A stretch of 64,000 nucleotides of DNA from an uncultured Planctomycetia bacterium. GTDB taxonomy: Bacteria > Omnitrophota > Gorgyraeia > JABMRG01. Position 1 is the stretch's first letter. Every line of letters starts with the position of its first letter. Positions 9,282 through 19,449 of the stretch are shown here, in pieces. Under the pieces are notes generated by a model, which was not told where the DNA came from, searched no databases, and was given only the letters and a program-made list of their open reading frames with translations. Position numbers and translations under genes: made by a program. The stretch lies in assembly GCA_964634945.1 (NCBI GenBank), contig CAZWMG010000005.1, positions 16,306 to 80,305 of the forward strand, written 5' to 3'.

Positions 9282-9650
9282 CTAAATAACCTCAGGCGCT
9301 AATGATACTATCTTCATGAATTCTCTTTCCCGTAATTCACGCGCGATTGGACCAAAGATTCTTGTACCAAGTGGATTACCGGTAGCATCAATAATAACAC
9401 ACGCGTTCTTATCGAATTTCAAACGCGAACCATCTTTCCTGCTTATTGGGTGGCGAGTCCTTACAATAACAGCCTTTACGACCTCGCCCTTTTTAACTGT
9501 TGCCTCAGGCGTTGACTCCTTAATATTACACGCTATAATGTCACCGATATGGGCATAACGTTTGGCTGAACGCCCGATAACCTTTATACAAGAAGCCTTT
9601 CTTGCCCCTGTATTATCAGCAACATCTAATATTGTTCTCATCTGTATCAT
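9282..9650 (-). CDS. rplN: 50S ribosomal protein L14
   Basis: [16 protein letters not shown]...[20 protein letters not shown]; start trimmed to ATG 9650. Confidence 0.97.
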   Translation of the reverse strand: MIQMRTILDVADNTGARKASCIKVIGRSAKRYAHIGDIIACNIKESTPEATVKKGEVVKAVIVRTRHPISRKDGSRLKFDKNACVIIDATGNPLGTRIFGPIARELREREFMKIVSLAPEVI

Positions 9651-9922
9651 TATTGCCTCGCCTCCACTACTTCCTGCAGGCGCCATCTCTTTTCCTTTGA
9701 GAGAGGCCTGGTCTCAATTATTTTAACTGTATCTCCAAGCTTAGCCACGTTTTTCTCGTCATGGACCTTGAATTTAGCATATCTTTTCATGACTTTCTTA
9801 TACATGGCATGCTTAGTCAACCTCATAACCTTTACTACGATTGTCTTGTCCATCTTATCGCTTGAAACAAGGCCTATTAACTGTTTACGCGATGCAACCT
9901 CTTCTTTTTTATCATTTTGCAT
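9650..9922 (-). CDS. rpsQ: 30S ribosomal protein S17
   Basis: [24 protein letters not shown]. Confidence 0.97.
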   Translation of the reverse strand: MQNDKKEEVASRKQLIGLVSSDKMDKTIVVKVMRLTKHAMYKKVMKRYAKFKVHDEKNVAKLGDTVKIIETRPLSKEKRWRLQEVVEARQ

Positions 9923-10106
9923 AAGATTCTTCCTTTAAGATTGTCTTTATCCTTGCTACATCCTTCTTAATACGCGAGATACTCGCTGAATTCTCAATAG
10001 TACCTGTCTTTGCCTGAAACAAAAACTTTGAAAGATCTTGTTTGAGCGTCAGTGCTTTGTGATTGAGCTCATCCTTCGTCATATTCCTTAAATCCTGGGG
10101 CTTCAT
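9912..10106 (-). CDS. rpmC: 50S ribosomal protein L29
   Basis: [20 protein letters not shown]; canonical position. Confidence 0.95.
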   Translation of the reverse strand: MKPQDLRNMTKDELNHKALTLKQDLSKFLFQAKTGTIENSASISRIKKDVARIKTILKEESYAK

Positions 10107-10519
10107 ATATGTCTCCTGGATGTGAATTTAGTCCTAAAAGGTAGCTTGCTCGCGGCTAATCTCATCGCTTCGCGCGCCATCTCTTCCGGTAGCCCCTCTA
10201 TTTCAAATAGGATACGTGCTTTTTTAATAACAGCTACCCATGTCTCGGGCATACCTTTACCTTTTCCCATTCTTGTCTCAGCCGCCTGCTTTGTTACCGG
10301 TTTATCAGGAAAGACCCGTATCCAGATCTTGCCGCCTCTATTTGTGTGCCTTGTCAGCGCGACACGAGCAGCCTCTATCTGTGTATTGGTAAGCCAGGCG
10401 TTTTCTAACGCCTGAAGTCCGTGTTCACCAAAACTTACGGCATTTCCCGACATTGCCATGCCACAACGGCGTCCTCTATGGGCTTTACGATATTTAACTC
10501 TTTTGGGCATCAAGACCAT
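10103..10519 (-). CDS. rplP: 50S ribosomal protein L16
   Basis: [28 protein letters not shown]. Confidence 0.98.
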   Translation of the reverse strand: MVLMPKRVKYRKAHRGRRCGMAMSGNAVSFGEHGLQALENAWLTNTQIEAARVALTRHTNRGGKIWIRVFPDKPVTKQAAETRMGKGKGMPETWVAVIKKARILFEIEGLPEEMAREAMRLAASKLPFRTKFTSRRHI

Positions 10520-11177
10520 CTTGAACCGACTCCTTCGCTATGCTTTTTTCCGGCAATATATCGCCTTTATATATCCACACTTTAACCCCTATACACCCAT
10601 AAGTAGTATGGGCTTCGGTAAAACCATAATCTATATCTGCCCTGAAAGTCTGCAATGGTATGCTGCCACGCCTGTAGCTTTCAGTACGGGCAATCTCCGC
10701 TCCGCCTAATCTACCCGCGCACTGTAGTCTTATGCCTCCAGCGCCGCTTTCCATTGCCTGTTGCAAAGCTCTTTTCATAGCGCGCCTGAAGGCTATTCTC
10801 TTTTCAAGCTGATAGGCTATGTTTTCAGCAACAAGTTGGGCCTCTGTATATGGCTTCTTTATCTCTTTTATATCGATATATATCTCTTTATCTGTCATCT
10901 TGTTTAATTCTTCTCTAAGCCTGTCAATATCAGCGCCTTTACGTCCAATTATTATGCCCGGCCTAGCACTGAAGATTATGACCCTAACCCTTCCACTAGC
11001 TCTTTCAATCTCGATCTTTGAGATAGCCGCGGTCTTAAATGTCTTAAAAATATATTTCTTTATTTTGGTATCCTCTAAGAGTAGGCCGGAGAAATCTTTC
11101 TTCTTCGCGAACCATCGCGATTTCCATGTATATATAAAGCCAACTCTCAATCCATACGGGTGTGATTTATGCCCCAC
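10494..11177 (-). CDS. rpsC: 30S ribosomal protein S3
   Basis: [30 protein letters not shown]. Confidence 0.98.
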   Translation of the reverse strand: MGHKSHPYGLRVGFIYTWKSRWFAKKKDFSGLLLEDTKIKKYIFKTFKTAAISKIEIERASGRVRVIIFSARPGIIIGRKGADIDRLREELNKMTDKEIYIDIKEIKKPYTEAQLVAENIAYQLEKRIAFRRAMKRALQQAMESGAGGIRLQCAGRLGGAEIARTESYRRGSIPLQTFRADIDYGFTEAHTTYGCIGVKVWIYKGDILPEKSIAKESVQDGLDAQKS

Positions 11178-11670
11178 TTTTTACTCCTTCTTTAGCCTTT
11201 TTTCCAGTCTTCTTAAGAATCTTTTTTTTCTTAGGTTTTTTAGTTACTGCCTTTTTCTTCGCAACCGTTGCCTTGGTTGTTTTTTTATTTTTTGTCTTTG
11301 AATTCTTATCCTGTAACGCATTTTCTACTATCTTAGGCTGCTTCAGATCAAGGACTATGGTAATATGAGACGTTGTCTTTCTTATTACACTGGCTCGCCC
11401 CATAGCTTCAGCCCTGGTTCTTTTTAAAAGTGGCCCGCCATCCGCGTATATATCTGATATAAACAAGTGTTCCTGCTGCGTATTTGGGAAACGCTTCGCA
11501 TTGGCTATTGCTGAATTCAGCACCTTAAGAAGTAAAAAGGCAGCTTTCTTATTTGTCAGATTCAGAATACCAATAGCCTCATCCACATGCTTATTCCTGA
11601 TAAGGGCTATTACTGTTCTTACCTTTCTAGGCGAAATTCTTAGATATTTTGCAACTGCCTTTGATATCAT
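11167..11670 (-). CDS. rplV: 50S ribosomal protein L22 with Lys-rich C-terminal tail
   Basis: RISPRKVR..SAIANA..TSHITIV, then about 55 aa K-rich tail. Confidence 0.96.
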   Translation of the reverse strand: MISKAVAKYLRISPRKVRTVIALIRNKHVDEAIGILNLTNKKAAFLLLKVLNSAIANAKRFPNTQQEHLFISDIYADGGPLLKRTRAEAMGRASVIRKTTSHITIVLDLKQPKIVENALQDKNSKTKNKKTTKATVAKKKAVTKKPKKKKILKKTGKKAKEGVKSGA

Positions 11671-11684
11671 CTTTTGCGTTTCCT

Positions 11685-11969
11685 CTACTTAAGTCCTGCG
11701 GTTTTATCAGTATGTGAACCATGCTTTCTAAATAATCTGGTATGAGCAAACTCTCCGAGTTTATGGCCAACCATGTTTTCAGTAATAAAGACTGACACAA
11801 AACTCTTTCCATTATGAATAGAAAATGTAAGCCCTATAAAATCCGGCAGGATAGTTGATCTGCGCGACCATGTTTTTATAGGCTTCCTGTCTCCAAGCCT
11901 CTTTATCTTCTCAACCTTCTCAATAAGCCTTGGGTCAGCGTACGGTCCTTTTTTAAGTGATCTTCCCAA
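11685..11969 (-). CDS. rpsS: 30S ribosomal protein S19
   Basis: [26 protein letters not shown]. Confidence 0.98.
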   Translation of the reverse strand: MGRSLKKGPYADPRLIEKVEKIKRLGDRKPIKTWSRRSTILPDFIGLTFSIHNGKSFVSVFITENMVGHKLGEFAHTRLFRKHGSHTDKTAGLK

Positions 11970-11972
11970 TTT

Positions 11973-12809
11973 CTACTCCTTTTTGCTTTTTCTTCGCTTA
12001 ACTATGAATTGATTTGAACTCTTTTTCTTTTTTCTGGTCTTGTATCCCTTTGTAGGTTTGCCCCAAGGCGTAGAAGGATGTCTTCCACCGGATGTTTTTC
12101 CTTCTCCTCCGCCATGCGGATGGTCGACCGGGTTCATCGCGACACCCCTTACCTTTGACCTTCTGCCAAGCCACCTGCTACGTCCTGCTTTACCAAGTGA
12201 GATACTATCATGCTCTATATTGCCTATCTGTCCTATCGTCGCGTTACAATCAAGGTCTATTAATCTTATCTCGCTAGATGGTAAACGAAGATGCGCGTAT
12301 TTGCCATCCTTGGCCATAATCTGAGCTGAAGCGCCCGCGCTACGTACAATCTGTCCGCCTTTGCCCTTGACTAATTCGACATTATGTATCTGTGTACTAG
12401 GCGGTATCCTGCGTAATGATGTAGTATTGCCGACCTTCATATCGACTTCTTTGCCTGAAATTATCTCCGCTCCTACTACAAGTCCTACCGGAGCTATAAT
12501 ATAGCGCTTTTCACCATCCTTATATTCTACAAGCGCGATCCTCGCGGAACGGTTTGGATCATATTCTATGGTTAGCACTGTTGCCGGAATATCAAACTTA
12601 TCCCTCTTAAAGTCTATTAGGCGTAACCTTCTTTTGTGGCCGCCACCTCTATGCCTCATCGTTACCCTGCCATTTGCATTTCTTCCACCTTTACTTCTTA
12701 AGGCTACTGTCAATGGCTTATAGGGTTTATCTGTGGTCAGCTCCTGAAAAGAGGCAACTGTAGCCCACCTCTGCCCCGGCGTAATTGGTTTCTTTGTTTT
12801 CATTCTCAT
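11973..12809 (-). CDS. rplB: 50S ribosomal protein L2
   Basis: [29 protein letters not shown]. Confidence 0.98.
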   Translation of the reverse strand: MRMKTKKPITPGQRWATVASFQELTTDKPYKPLTVALRSKGGRNANGRVTMRHRGGGHKRRLRLIDFKRDKFDIPATVLTIEYDPNRSARIALVEYKDGEKRYIIAPVGLVVGAEIISGKEVDMKVGNTTSLRRIPPSTQIHNVELVKGKGGQIVRSAGASAQIMAKDGKYAHLRLPSSEIRLIDLDCNATIGQIGNIEHDSISLGKAGRSRWLGRRSKVRGVAMNPVDHPHGGGEGKTSGGRHPSTPWGKPTKGYKTRKKKKSSNQFIVKRRKSKKE

Positions 12810-12835
12810 TTTACTTTATCCTTTAGTATTGAAAA

Positions 12836-13123
12836 TTAACTAGTTGCCATCTCGATAGAATCGCCGCTTTTCAGTGTTACCATCGCCTTCTTCCACGGAG
12901 AGGTCTTGCCTAACTTATATCGCACACGTTTTGGTTTAGGCTTAACACCAAGGGTATTTACCGATGTAACATGTACCTTATAAATCTCCTCAACCGCTTT
13001 CTTAATCTGTATCTTGTTAGATTTATCACTTACCCAAAACATATACTTGTTCTCAACTAAAAGGCGTGTGCCTTTTTCGGTTCTTAACAAGCTTTTAACG
13101 ATATCATGCGGACTCTCATACAT
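12836..13123 (-). CDS. rplW: 50S ribosomal protein L23
   Basis: TEK..NKIQIKKAVE..WKKAMVTL. Confidence 0.96.
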   Translation of the reverse strand: MYESPHDIVKSLLRTEKGTRLLVENKYMFWVSDKSNKIQIKKAVEEIYKVHVTSVNTLGVKPKPKRVRYKLGKTSPWKKAMVTLKSGDSIEMATS

Positions 13124-13124
13124 T

Positions 13125-13826
13125 TTATATCACCTTTTTATCTGGCTTCACAGCCTTGCCTGACGTACTGGAGATTCGGACTTTACTGCGTGAAACTTTA
13201 CGTGTTAAGCGCTTCTCAATAATCTGCAGTGCTTGTTTTTCAAGCAGGATCTTATCATTAACTAAAACCTGATAGGCGTTTATATCTTCTGCCCTGACAA
13301 GGACAACCTTCTTAATATTTCTAGCCGCTCTTAACAGGTTTAAATTGGACTTTCCTGAAACAATAATCACCTTATCAGTATCAAGCTTGAGTGCCTTAAG
13401 TATGCTTAGCATGTCTTTTGTCTTATGCGATTCAAGCTTGAACTCATCAATTATAGTAATACTATTTTCCTTAAACTTTGCATTAAAAGAAGATAATAAA
13501 GCATTGCCCTTGATCTTTTTTGGAACCTGATAATGCCAATCTTTTGGTTCAGGTCCAAATGTTACTCCTCCGCCTCTCCATAGAGGTGAGCGTATGCTAC
13601 CTGCCCTAGCCCTTCCTGTGCCCTTCTGTCTCCATGGCTTTCTACCGCCGCCACGCACCTCGTCCTTCTGCTTTACCTTTGCAAAAGATTTACGCTGATT
13701 AGCAAGGTACATTATAACGACCTGTTGCAACATAGCCTTATTTACCTTGCCATTGAATATCTTTTCATTCAATCCAAGAGTATCTACCTTCTTACCTTTA
13801 TTATCTAGAACTGTTATATTAGTCAT
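13125..13826 (-). CDS. rplD: 50S ribosomal protein L4
   Basis: GGGRKPWRQKGTGRARAGS. Confidence 0.97.
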   Translation of the reverse strand: MTNITVLDNKGKKVDTLGLNEKIFNGKVNKAMLQQVVIMYLANQRKSFAKVKQKDEVRGGGRKPWRQKGTGRARAGSIRSPLWRGGGVTFGPEPKDWHYQVPKKIKGNALLSSFNAKFKENSITIIDEFKLESHKTKDMLSILKALKLDTDKVIIVSGKSNLNLLRAARNIKKVVLVRAEDINAYQVLVNDKILLEKQALQIIEKRLTRKVSRSKVRISSTSGKAVKPDKKVI

Positions 13827-13833
13827 ATATCAC

Positions 13834-14544
13834 CTATTTCTTCATGCTCTTCTTGCTCTGCTTAAGCGGATTAATCTTCTTAGGAGCTTGGTCGGCCTTT
13901 GGCTTAAGAACCTTCTTAGCTTTCTTCTTGGATTTATTAATAATCAGATAACCGTTTTTTGGACCGGGCACAGCGCCCTTAACAAGCAGGAGGCTCTTTT
14001 CCTTATCTGACTCTACTACCTCAAGGCCTTGAACAGTAAATTTCCTGTTACCCATATGTCCCGGAAGATGCTTACCCTTAAGAACGCGTGGTGGATCCGT
14101 AACTCCGATAGAGCCGGGAGCCCTGTGGGACCTGGAACCGTGAGACATTGGGCCGCGCGACCAATTCCAGCGTTTTACACCACCCTGAAAACCTTTTCCG
14201 ATAGTAGAAGCTGTAATATCTACATAATCACCCGGCGTAAACATCTCTACTGTTATGCTATCTTTAGTCTTGATCTCATCAACGTTATCAACGATTATTT
14301 CCTTGATAAAAGAGACCGGCTCTACCTTAAGCTTCTTAAACCTTCCCATCTGGGGCTTATTGGTCCTGCTTTCTTTTCTGGCGTCAAAACCCATCTGCGC
14401 TGAAGTGTAACCATCATGCGCCTTTGTCTTGACCTGTAATATGGTGCAGGGGCCTGCCTCTATTACAGTTACCGGTATAACATCACCGTCTTTGGTGTAA
14501 ATCTGCGTCATGCCTAATTTTTTTCCTAAAATGCCATTAATCAT
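13834..14544 (-). CDS. rplC: 50S ribosomal protein L3
   Basis: GKKLGMTQ..GKGFQGGVKR..PGHMG..KGAVPG. Confidence 0.97.
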   Translation of the reverse strand: MINGILGKKLGMTQIYTKDGDVIPVTVIEAGPCTILQVKTKAHDGYTSAQMGFDARKESRTNKPQMGRFKKLKVEPVSFIKEIIVDNVDEIKTKDSITVEMFTPGDYVDITASTIGKGFQGGVKRWNWSRGPMSHGSRSHRAPGSIGVTDPPRVLKGKHLPGHMGNRKFTVQGLEVVESDKEKSLLLVKGAVPGPKNGYLIINKSKKKAKKVLKPKADQAPKKINPLKQSKKSMKK

Positions 14545-14563
14545 AAGTTATATCCATGTTTGG

Positions 14564-14634
14564 TTATACGTTCTGCGTTTTACGTGGTACGTTTTATGTT
14601 CTGAACGTAGAACTATGAACGTAAAACGTAAAAC
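14564..14634. repeat. Heptamer periodic inverted repeat (CGTT/AACG core)
   Basis: ttatacg ttctgcg ttttacg tggtacg ttttatg ttctg aacgtag aactatg aacgtaa aacgtaa aac. Confidence 0.8.
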
Positions 14635-14942
14635 TATTTAATCTCTACATCGACACCAGCCGCAAGATCCAATTTTCTTAGAGCGTCTATGGTCTTTGCG
14701 GTCGGATCAAAGATATCTATCAGGCGTTTATGTGTCTTGACCTGATACTGATCTCTTGACTTTTTATCAACGTGCGGGCCTCTTAAAACCGTATAATCTT
14801 CTCTTCTCGTAGGCAAAGGAATCGGGCCTACTATTCTAGCGCCTGTCCTTTTTGCGGTCTCAACTATATCCGCTGTTGCCTGATCGAGAATCCTGTGATC
14901 ATAGGCCTTAAGCCTTATTCTTATTTTTTGTTCTGTTTTCAT
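14634..14942 (-). CDS. rpsJ: 30S ribosomal protein S10
   Basis: [26 protein letters not shown]. Confidence 0.98.
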   Translation of the reverse strand: MKTEQKIRIRLKAYDHRILDQATADIVETAKRTGARIVGPIPLPTRREDYTVLRGPHVDKKSRDQYQVKTHKRLIDIFDPTAKTIDALRKLDLAAGVDVEIK

Positions 14943-14981
14943 ATTTGCTCTTTGTATTTCTTCTGCCTTATTTACGTGTTT

Positions 14982-15075
14982 AGATCCTTCGAATGCTTTG
15001 CATCCTCAGGATAAATTCGCCCTATACAATTTACGTCATTATGCTTTTATCAGCATCCGTAAATTGTGGGCTCAT
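14982..15075. repeat. Double-hairpin palindromic element, copy 2, abutting the tuf stop codon
   Basis: agatccttcg-aatgctttgcatc-ctcaggataaattcgcc..caatttacg..cgtaaattg..ggctcat. Confidence 0.85.
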
Positions 15076-16278
15076 TTATTTAATTATCTCGCTTATAACA
15101 CCGGCGCCTACTGTCCTGCCGCCTTCTCTGATAGCAAAACGAAGCTCTTTTTCCATAGCTATAGGTGTTATCAATGTTATTTCCATAGTCACTTTATCGC
15201 CAGGCATTACCATCTCAACGCCCTCAGCGAGTTTTGCTATACCGGTTACATCTGTGGTTCTGAAATAGAACTGTGGGCGATATCCATTAAAGAAAGGCGT
15301 ATGACGTCCGCCCTCTTCCTTAGTTAAGATATATACCTCTGCGTTAAACACTGTATGAGGAGTAATAGAACCAGGCTTAGCAAGTACCATGCCGCGCTCT
15401 ATATCCTTCTTATCTGTTCCCCTTAAGAGTATTCCTACGTTGTCTCCGGCCTGGCCTTCATCAAGAAGTTTCCTGAACATCTCCACACCCGTTACAACAG
15501 ACTTCTGGGCCTCAGGGCGCATGCCGATTATCTCAATATTCTCACTTACCTTTACGATACCTCGCTCTATTCTTCCTGTTGCTACGGTACCACGGCCGGT
15601 AATAGAAAAGACGTCTTCAACAGCCATAAGGAATGGCTTTTCAACGTCTCTTTTTGGGGTCGGTATATTCTCATCTACAGCCTTCATAAGCTCTGTTATA
15701 GATTTGCAGCTATCGCAATCTTCTTTACCGCAGCCGCACTCCATGGCCTTTAAGGCTGAACCTTTTATTATAGGTATCTTATCCCCTGGGAATTCATATT
15801 TAGAAAGAAGCTCTCTTATCTCAAGCTCTACTAGGTCAAGAAGCTCCGGGTCATCAACCATATCTACTTTGTTCAGATAAACAACTACTGAAGGCACGTT
15901 TACCTGACGCGCTAAAAGGATATGCTCTCTTGTCTGAGGCATAGGTCCATCCGCCGCGGATACAACCAGGATAGCTCCATCCATCTGCGCGGCGCCTGTG
16001 ATCATATTCTTGATATAATCAGCATGGCCCGGGCAGTCTACGTGGGCATAATGACGGTTGTCTGTCTCATACTCAACGTGGGCTATAGCGATAGTTATAC
16101 CACGCTCTTTCTCTTCAGGGGCCTTATCAATAGAATCAAATGAACGTACCTCAGCATGACCCTTCTTGCTCAAGCACATTGTGATAGCTGAAGTAAGAGT
16201 TGTCTTGCCATGATCTACGTGGCCTACGGTACCTATATTAAGATGCGGTTTTGTTCGTAAAAATTTTTCCTTTGCCAT
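15076..16278 (-). CDS. tuf: Elongation factor Tu (copy downstream of fusA)
   Basis: [21 protein letters not shown]; translation identical to 30722-31924. Confidence 0.99.
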   Translation of the reverse strand: MAKEKFLRTKPHLNIGTVGHVDHGKTTLTSAITMCLSKKGHAEVRSFDSIDKAPEEKERGITIAIAHVEYETDNRHYAHVDCPGHADYIKNMITGAAQMDGAILVVSAADGPMPQTREHILLARQVNVPSVVVYLNKVDMVDDPELLDLVELEIRELLSKYEFPGDKIPIIKGSALKAMECGCGKEDCDSCKSITELMKAVDENIPTPKRDVEKPFLMAVEDVFSITGRGTVATGRIERGIVKVSENIEIIGMRPEAQKSVVTGVEMFRKLLDEGQAGDNVGILLRGTDKKDIERGMVLAKPGSITPHTVFNAEVYILTKEEGGRHTPFFNGYRPQFYFRTTDVTGIAKLAEGVEMVMPGDKVTMEITLITPIAMEKELRFAIREGGRTVGAGVISEIIK

Positions 16279-16291
16279 TGTTACTCCTTTT

Positions 16292-18403
16292 TTATCCTAA
16301 ACTTACGATCTTTTCAGCTATAAACGATGGAACCTCAGCATAGTAAGCAGGTTCCATGATATATGTGCCTCTTCCCTGGGTCAAGCTACGCAACGCGGTA
16401 GCATATCCAAAGGTCTCCGCAAGGGGTATAAAACCTTTTACGACCTGGAGATTAACTCTGGGTTTTATGGATTCTATCTTTCCTCTACGTGAATTATAAT
16501 CCGCTATAACATCTCCTAAAAAATCTTCCGGAACAATTATCTCGATATTCATAACGGGCTCCAGGAGCATTGAAGAGCCTTTCCGCAAAGCGTCATTTAA
16601 AGCAAGAGAGGCGGCTGCCCTAAAAGCCATTTCTGATGAATCAACATCATGATAAGAGCCATCTATAAGCTTAACGTGTATGTCTGTAACGGGATATCCG
16701 GCTAAGACACCATTTCTAGCGGCTTCCATTACACCCTCTTTTACAGCAGGTATAAACTCACGAGGTATCACGCCGCCCTTGATTCTGCTATCAAAAACAA
16801 CGCCTGTTCCCCTCTCACCGGTCTCTACGTCTAAAACAACGTGTCCGTATTGACCATGGCCACCTGTCTGTTGCACGAACTTACCTACCGCACTCGCGCG
16901 ATTCTTCATGGTCTCTTTATAGGCAACTTCAGGCTTACCTGTATTTGCCTTTAGATTAAACTCCTGGGCCATTCTGTTTACAATAACCTCAAGGTGCAGT
17001 TCACCCATACCAGCTATAATCGTTTGACCGGTATCGCTATTATATTTTACATTAAACGAAGGATCTTCCTCTTCGACCTTCTTAAGAACTATGCCCAGCT
17101 TATCTTGATCCTGTTTAGATTTTGGTTCAATAGCCATAAAAAGTACCGGGTCCGGGAAATTAATCCTCTCCAACACTACCGGACTCTTCTCAGTGCAAAG
17201 TGTATCTCCCGTCTTGGTCTCTTTTAACCCGACCGCGGCGGCGATATCACCCGGATATACGGTCTCTACAATCTCTTGCTTATTAGCATGCATCCTGACT
17301 ATCTTACCTATTCTCTCTTTTTTGTCCTTTGACGCGTTATAAATATACGTGCCGGATGTAAACTGTCCTGAATATACCCTGAAATATGTCAGCTTTCCTA
17401 CATATGGGTCAGATACTATCTTAAACGCGAGAGCGACAAATGGTTCATCTTTATCAGGCCGGCATTTTTTAATCGACTCATCTTTTGGATCTATGCCTTC
17501 TAGAGGCGGTACATCAAGCGGAGATGGCAGATAATCACAGACAGCATCCATTAAAAACTCCACACCTTTATTCTTAAGTGAGGACCCGCATAAGACAGGC
17601 AATATCTTTGCCTTTAAAACACCTTGCCTCAAAGAACTCTTTATCTCGTCTATTGTAATGCTGCCTTCATCCTGTATATACTTTTCCATTATACTTTCGT
17701 CTATATCCGCGATAGCCTCAATCAATTTATGCCTGTAATCCCGCGCCTGCTGGGTGTATTCATCAGGGATATCAACTATATCAAAGTTATCGCCTTCTTC
17801 ATCTTTATATACAATAGCCTTAAGATTAACAAGATCGATTATACCCTTAAAATTTGCCTCTGAGCCCATCGGTATCTGGATGGGGGCGGCATTTGCTCCA
17901 AGATAATCTTTTAACTGTTTTTCAACAGCAAAAAAATCAGCTCCGGTACGATCCATCTTATTTATATAAGCTATCCTAGGAACCTTGTATCTGTCTGCCT
18001 GCCTCCATACGGTCTCACTCTGTGGCTCCACTCCACCTACTGCGCAGAAAACAACTATCCCGCCGTCGAGAACTCGAAGGGACCGTTCAACCTCTACCGT
18101 AAAATCAACATGCCCGGGTGTATCAATTATATTGATATTGTAATCTTTCCATTTACATGCTGTACTAGCCGAGGTTATGGTTATACCTCTCTCCTGTTCC
18201 TGCTGCATCCAATCCATAGTAGCGGTTCCATCATCAACGCCGCCGACCCTGTAAATCCTACCCGTAAGATAGAGAATTCTTTCGGTAGTAGTAGTCTTAC
18301 CGGCATCGATATGCGCCATGATTCCAATATTTCTCATTTTATATAAAGACTTATCTTGTGTCATGGTCTCTGTTTTTTTAGGCTTCTCTAGTAATGTTAT
18401 CAT
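16292..18403 (-). CDS. fusA: Elongation factor G (start uncertain: ATG 18403 or 18364)
   Basis: [30 protein letters not shown]; the longer track ORF runs through a repeat. Confidence 0.96.
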   Translation of the reverse strand: MITLLEKPKKTETMTQDKSLYKMRNIGIMAHIDAGKTTTTERILYLTGRIYRVGGVDDGTATMDWMQQEQERGITITSASTACKWKDYNINIIDTPGHVDFTVEVERSLRVLDGGIVVFCAVGGVEPQSETVWRQADRYKVPRIAYINKMDRTGADFFAVEKQLKDYLGANAAPIQIPMGSEANFKGIIDLVNLKAIVYKDEEGDNFDIVDIPDEYTQQARDYRHKLIEAIADIDESIMEKYIQDEGSITIDEIKSSLRQGVLKAKILPVLCGSSLKNKGVEFLMDAVCDYLPSPLDVPPLEGIDPKDESIKKCRPDKDEPFVALAFKIVSDPYVGKLTYFRVYSGQFTSGTYIYNASKDKKERIGKIVRMHANKQEIVETVYPGDIAAAVGLKETKTGDTLCTEKSPVVLERINFPDPVLFMAIEPKSKQDQDKLGIVLKKVEEEDPSFNVKYNSDTGQTIIAGMGELHLEVIVNRMAQEFNLKANTGKPEVAYKETMKNRASAVGKFVQQTGGHGQYGHVVLDVETGERGTGVVFDSRIKGGVIPREFIPAVKEGVMEAARNGVLAGYPVTDIHVKLIDGSYHDVDSSEMAFRAAASLALNDALRKGSSMLLEPVMNIEIIVPEDFLGDVIADYNSRRGKIESIKPRVNLQVVKGFIPLAETFGYATALRSLTQGRGTYIMEPAYYAEVPSFIAEKIVSLG

Positions 18404-18404
18404 G

Positions 18405-18489
18405 TTTTCGTTTCGCGTTGTGCGTCGTACGTCGTGTATATTGCGTAAAATCTTTAACGCAATACGCATTACGCATCACGCAATACGAT
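18405..18489. repeat. Heptamer periodic inverted repeat (GCGT/ACGC core)
   Basis: ttttcgt ttcgcgt tgtgcgt cgtacgt cgtgtat attgcgt aaaatcttta acgcaat acgcatt acgcatc acgcaat acgat. Confidence 0.85.
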
Positions 18490-18493
18490 TTTT

Positions 18494-18964
18494 CTACCAT
18501 TTAAAGTGGCTGAATGCCTTGTTAGCCTCTGCCATCTTGTGTGTATCTTCCTTCTTCTTTACCGCTGATCCCTGTTTCTGGTAAGCATCAAAGAACTCGC
18601 TTGTTAATCTGTCGCTCATCGGGCCGCCCTTACGAAGCCTGGCGAAGTTCCTTAGCCAGCGCATAGCTATAGTTATGCCGCGGGCATGCGTTACTTCTAT
18701 AGGTACTTGATAAGTTGCGCCGCCAACACGCCTTGATTTCAACTCAAGCATCGGCCTTACGTTATCCAAGACCTGCTGAAAAAGTTCCAATGCGTTATCC
18801 TTACCGGTCTTTTCCTGCAAACCCGCAAAGGCATCATAAACGATTCTCTCAGCGGTAGCTTTCTTGCCTCTCTCCATTACAATATTTATAAATTTTGATA
18901 TTAACTCTGATTTATATTTAGGATCCGGCAATACTTTTCTTTTTTCTGCCTTTCTTCTTCTCAT
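18494..18964 (-). CDS. rpsG: 30S ribosomal protein S7
   Basis: SRRVGGATYQVP..HKMAEANKAF. Confidence 0.98.
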   Translation of the reverse strand: MRRRKAEKRKVLPDPKYKSELISKFINIVMERGKKATAERIVYDAFAGLQEKTGKDNALELFQQVLDNVRPMLELKSRRVGGATYQVPIEVTHARGITIAMRWLRNFARLRKGGPMSDRLTSEFFDAYQKQGSAVKKKEDTHKMAEANKAFSHFKW

Positions 18965-19015
18965 TATATTATCCTTCTAAGCTTGAGTTAGGTCTACGGT
19001 TATCTATAATTTTGC

Positions 19016-19408
19016 TTATGCCGCGGGAGCAGCGCCTGGTTTTGGCCTCTTGCCCCCATACTTTGAACGACTATTTTTTCTATTTGCTACACCCTGGGTA
19101 TCAAGAATACCTCTAACGATGTGGTACCTTACGCCTGGAAGATCCTTTACCTTGCCACCTCTGACAAGAACTATTGAATGCTCTTGCAGGTTGTGCCCTT
19201 CTCCCGGAATATAAGCTGTAACCTCTATACCATTAGTAAGCCTTACCCTGGCAATCTTTCTTAATGCTGAGTTAGGCTTCTTAGGCGTCTGGGTCTTTAC
19301 CTGAAGACATACTCCTCTTTTCTGGGGCGACCCCTTCAGAGCAGGTGACTTTGTCTTTGTTGTTATAACTTTCCTACCTTTTCTTATCAACTGATTTATC
19401 GTTGGCAT
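19016..19408 (-). CDS. rpsL: 30S ribosomal protein S12
   Basis: [26 protein letters not shown]. Confidence 0.99.
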   Translation of the reverse strand: MPTINQLIRKGRKVITTKTKSPALKGSPQKRGVCLQVKTQTPKKPNSALRKIARVRLTNGIEVTAYIPGEGHNLQEHSIVLVRGGKVKDLPGVRYHIVRGILDTQGVANRKNSRSKYGGKRPKPGAAPAA

Positions 19409-19449
19409 ATTTTTTACTTACTCCTCGCGGGGGCTTAAGCCCTACCTGA

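Noticed and set aside
18404-18469. N-terminal extension of EF-G ([22 protein letters not shown])
   Set aside because: It is the translation of the heptamer repeat with no SD. Downstream ATGs at 18403 or 18364 give a more typical EF-G.
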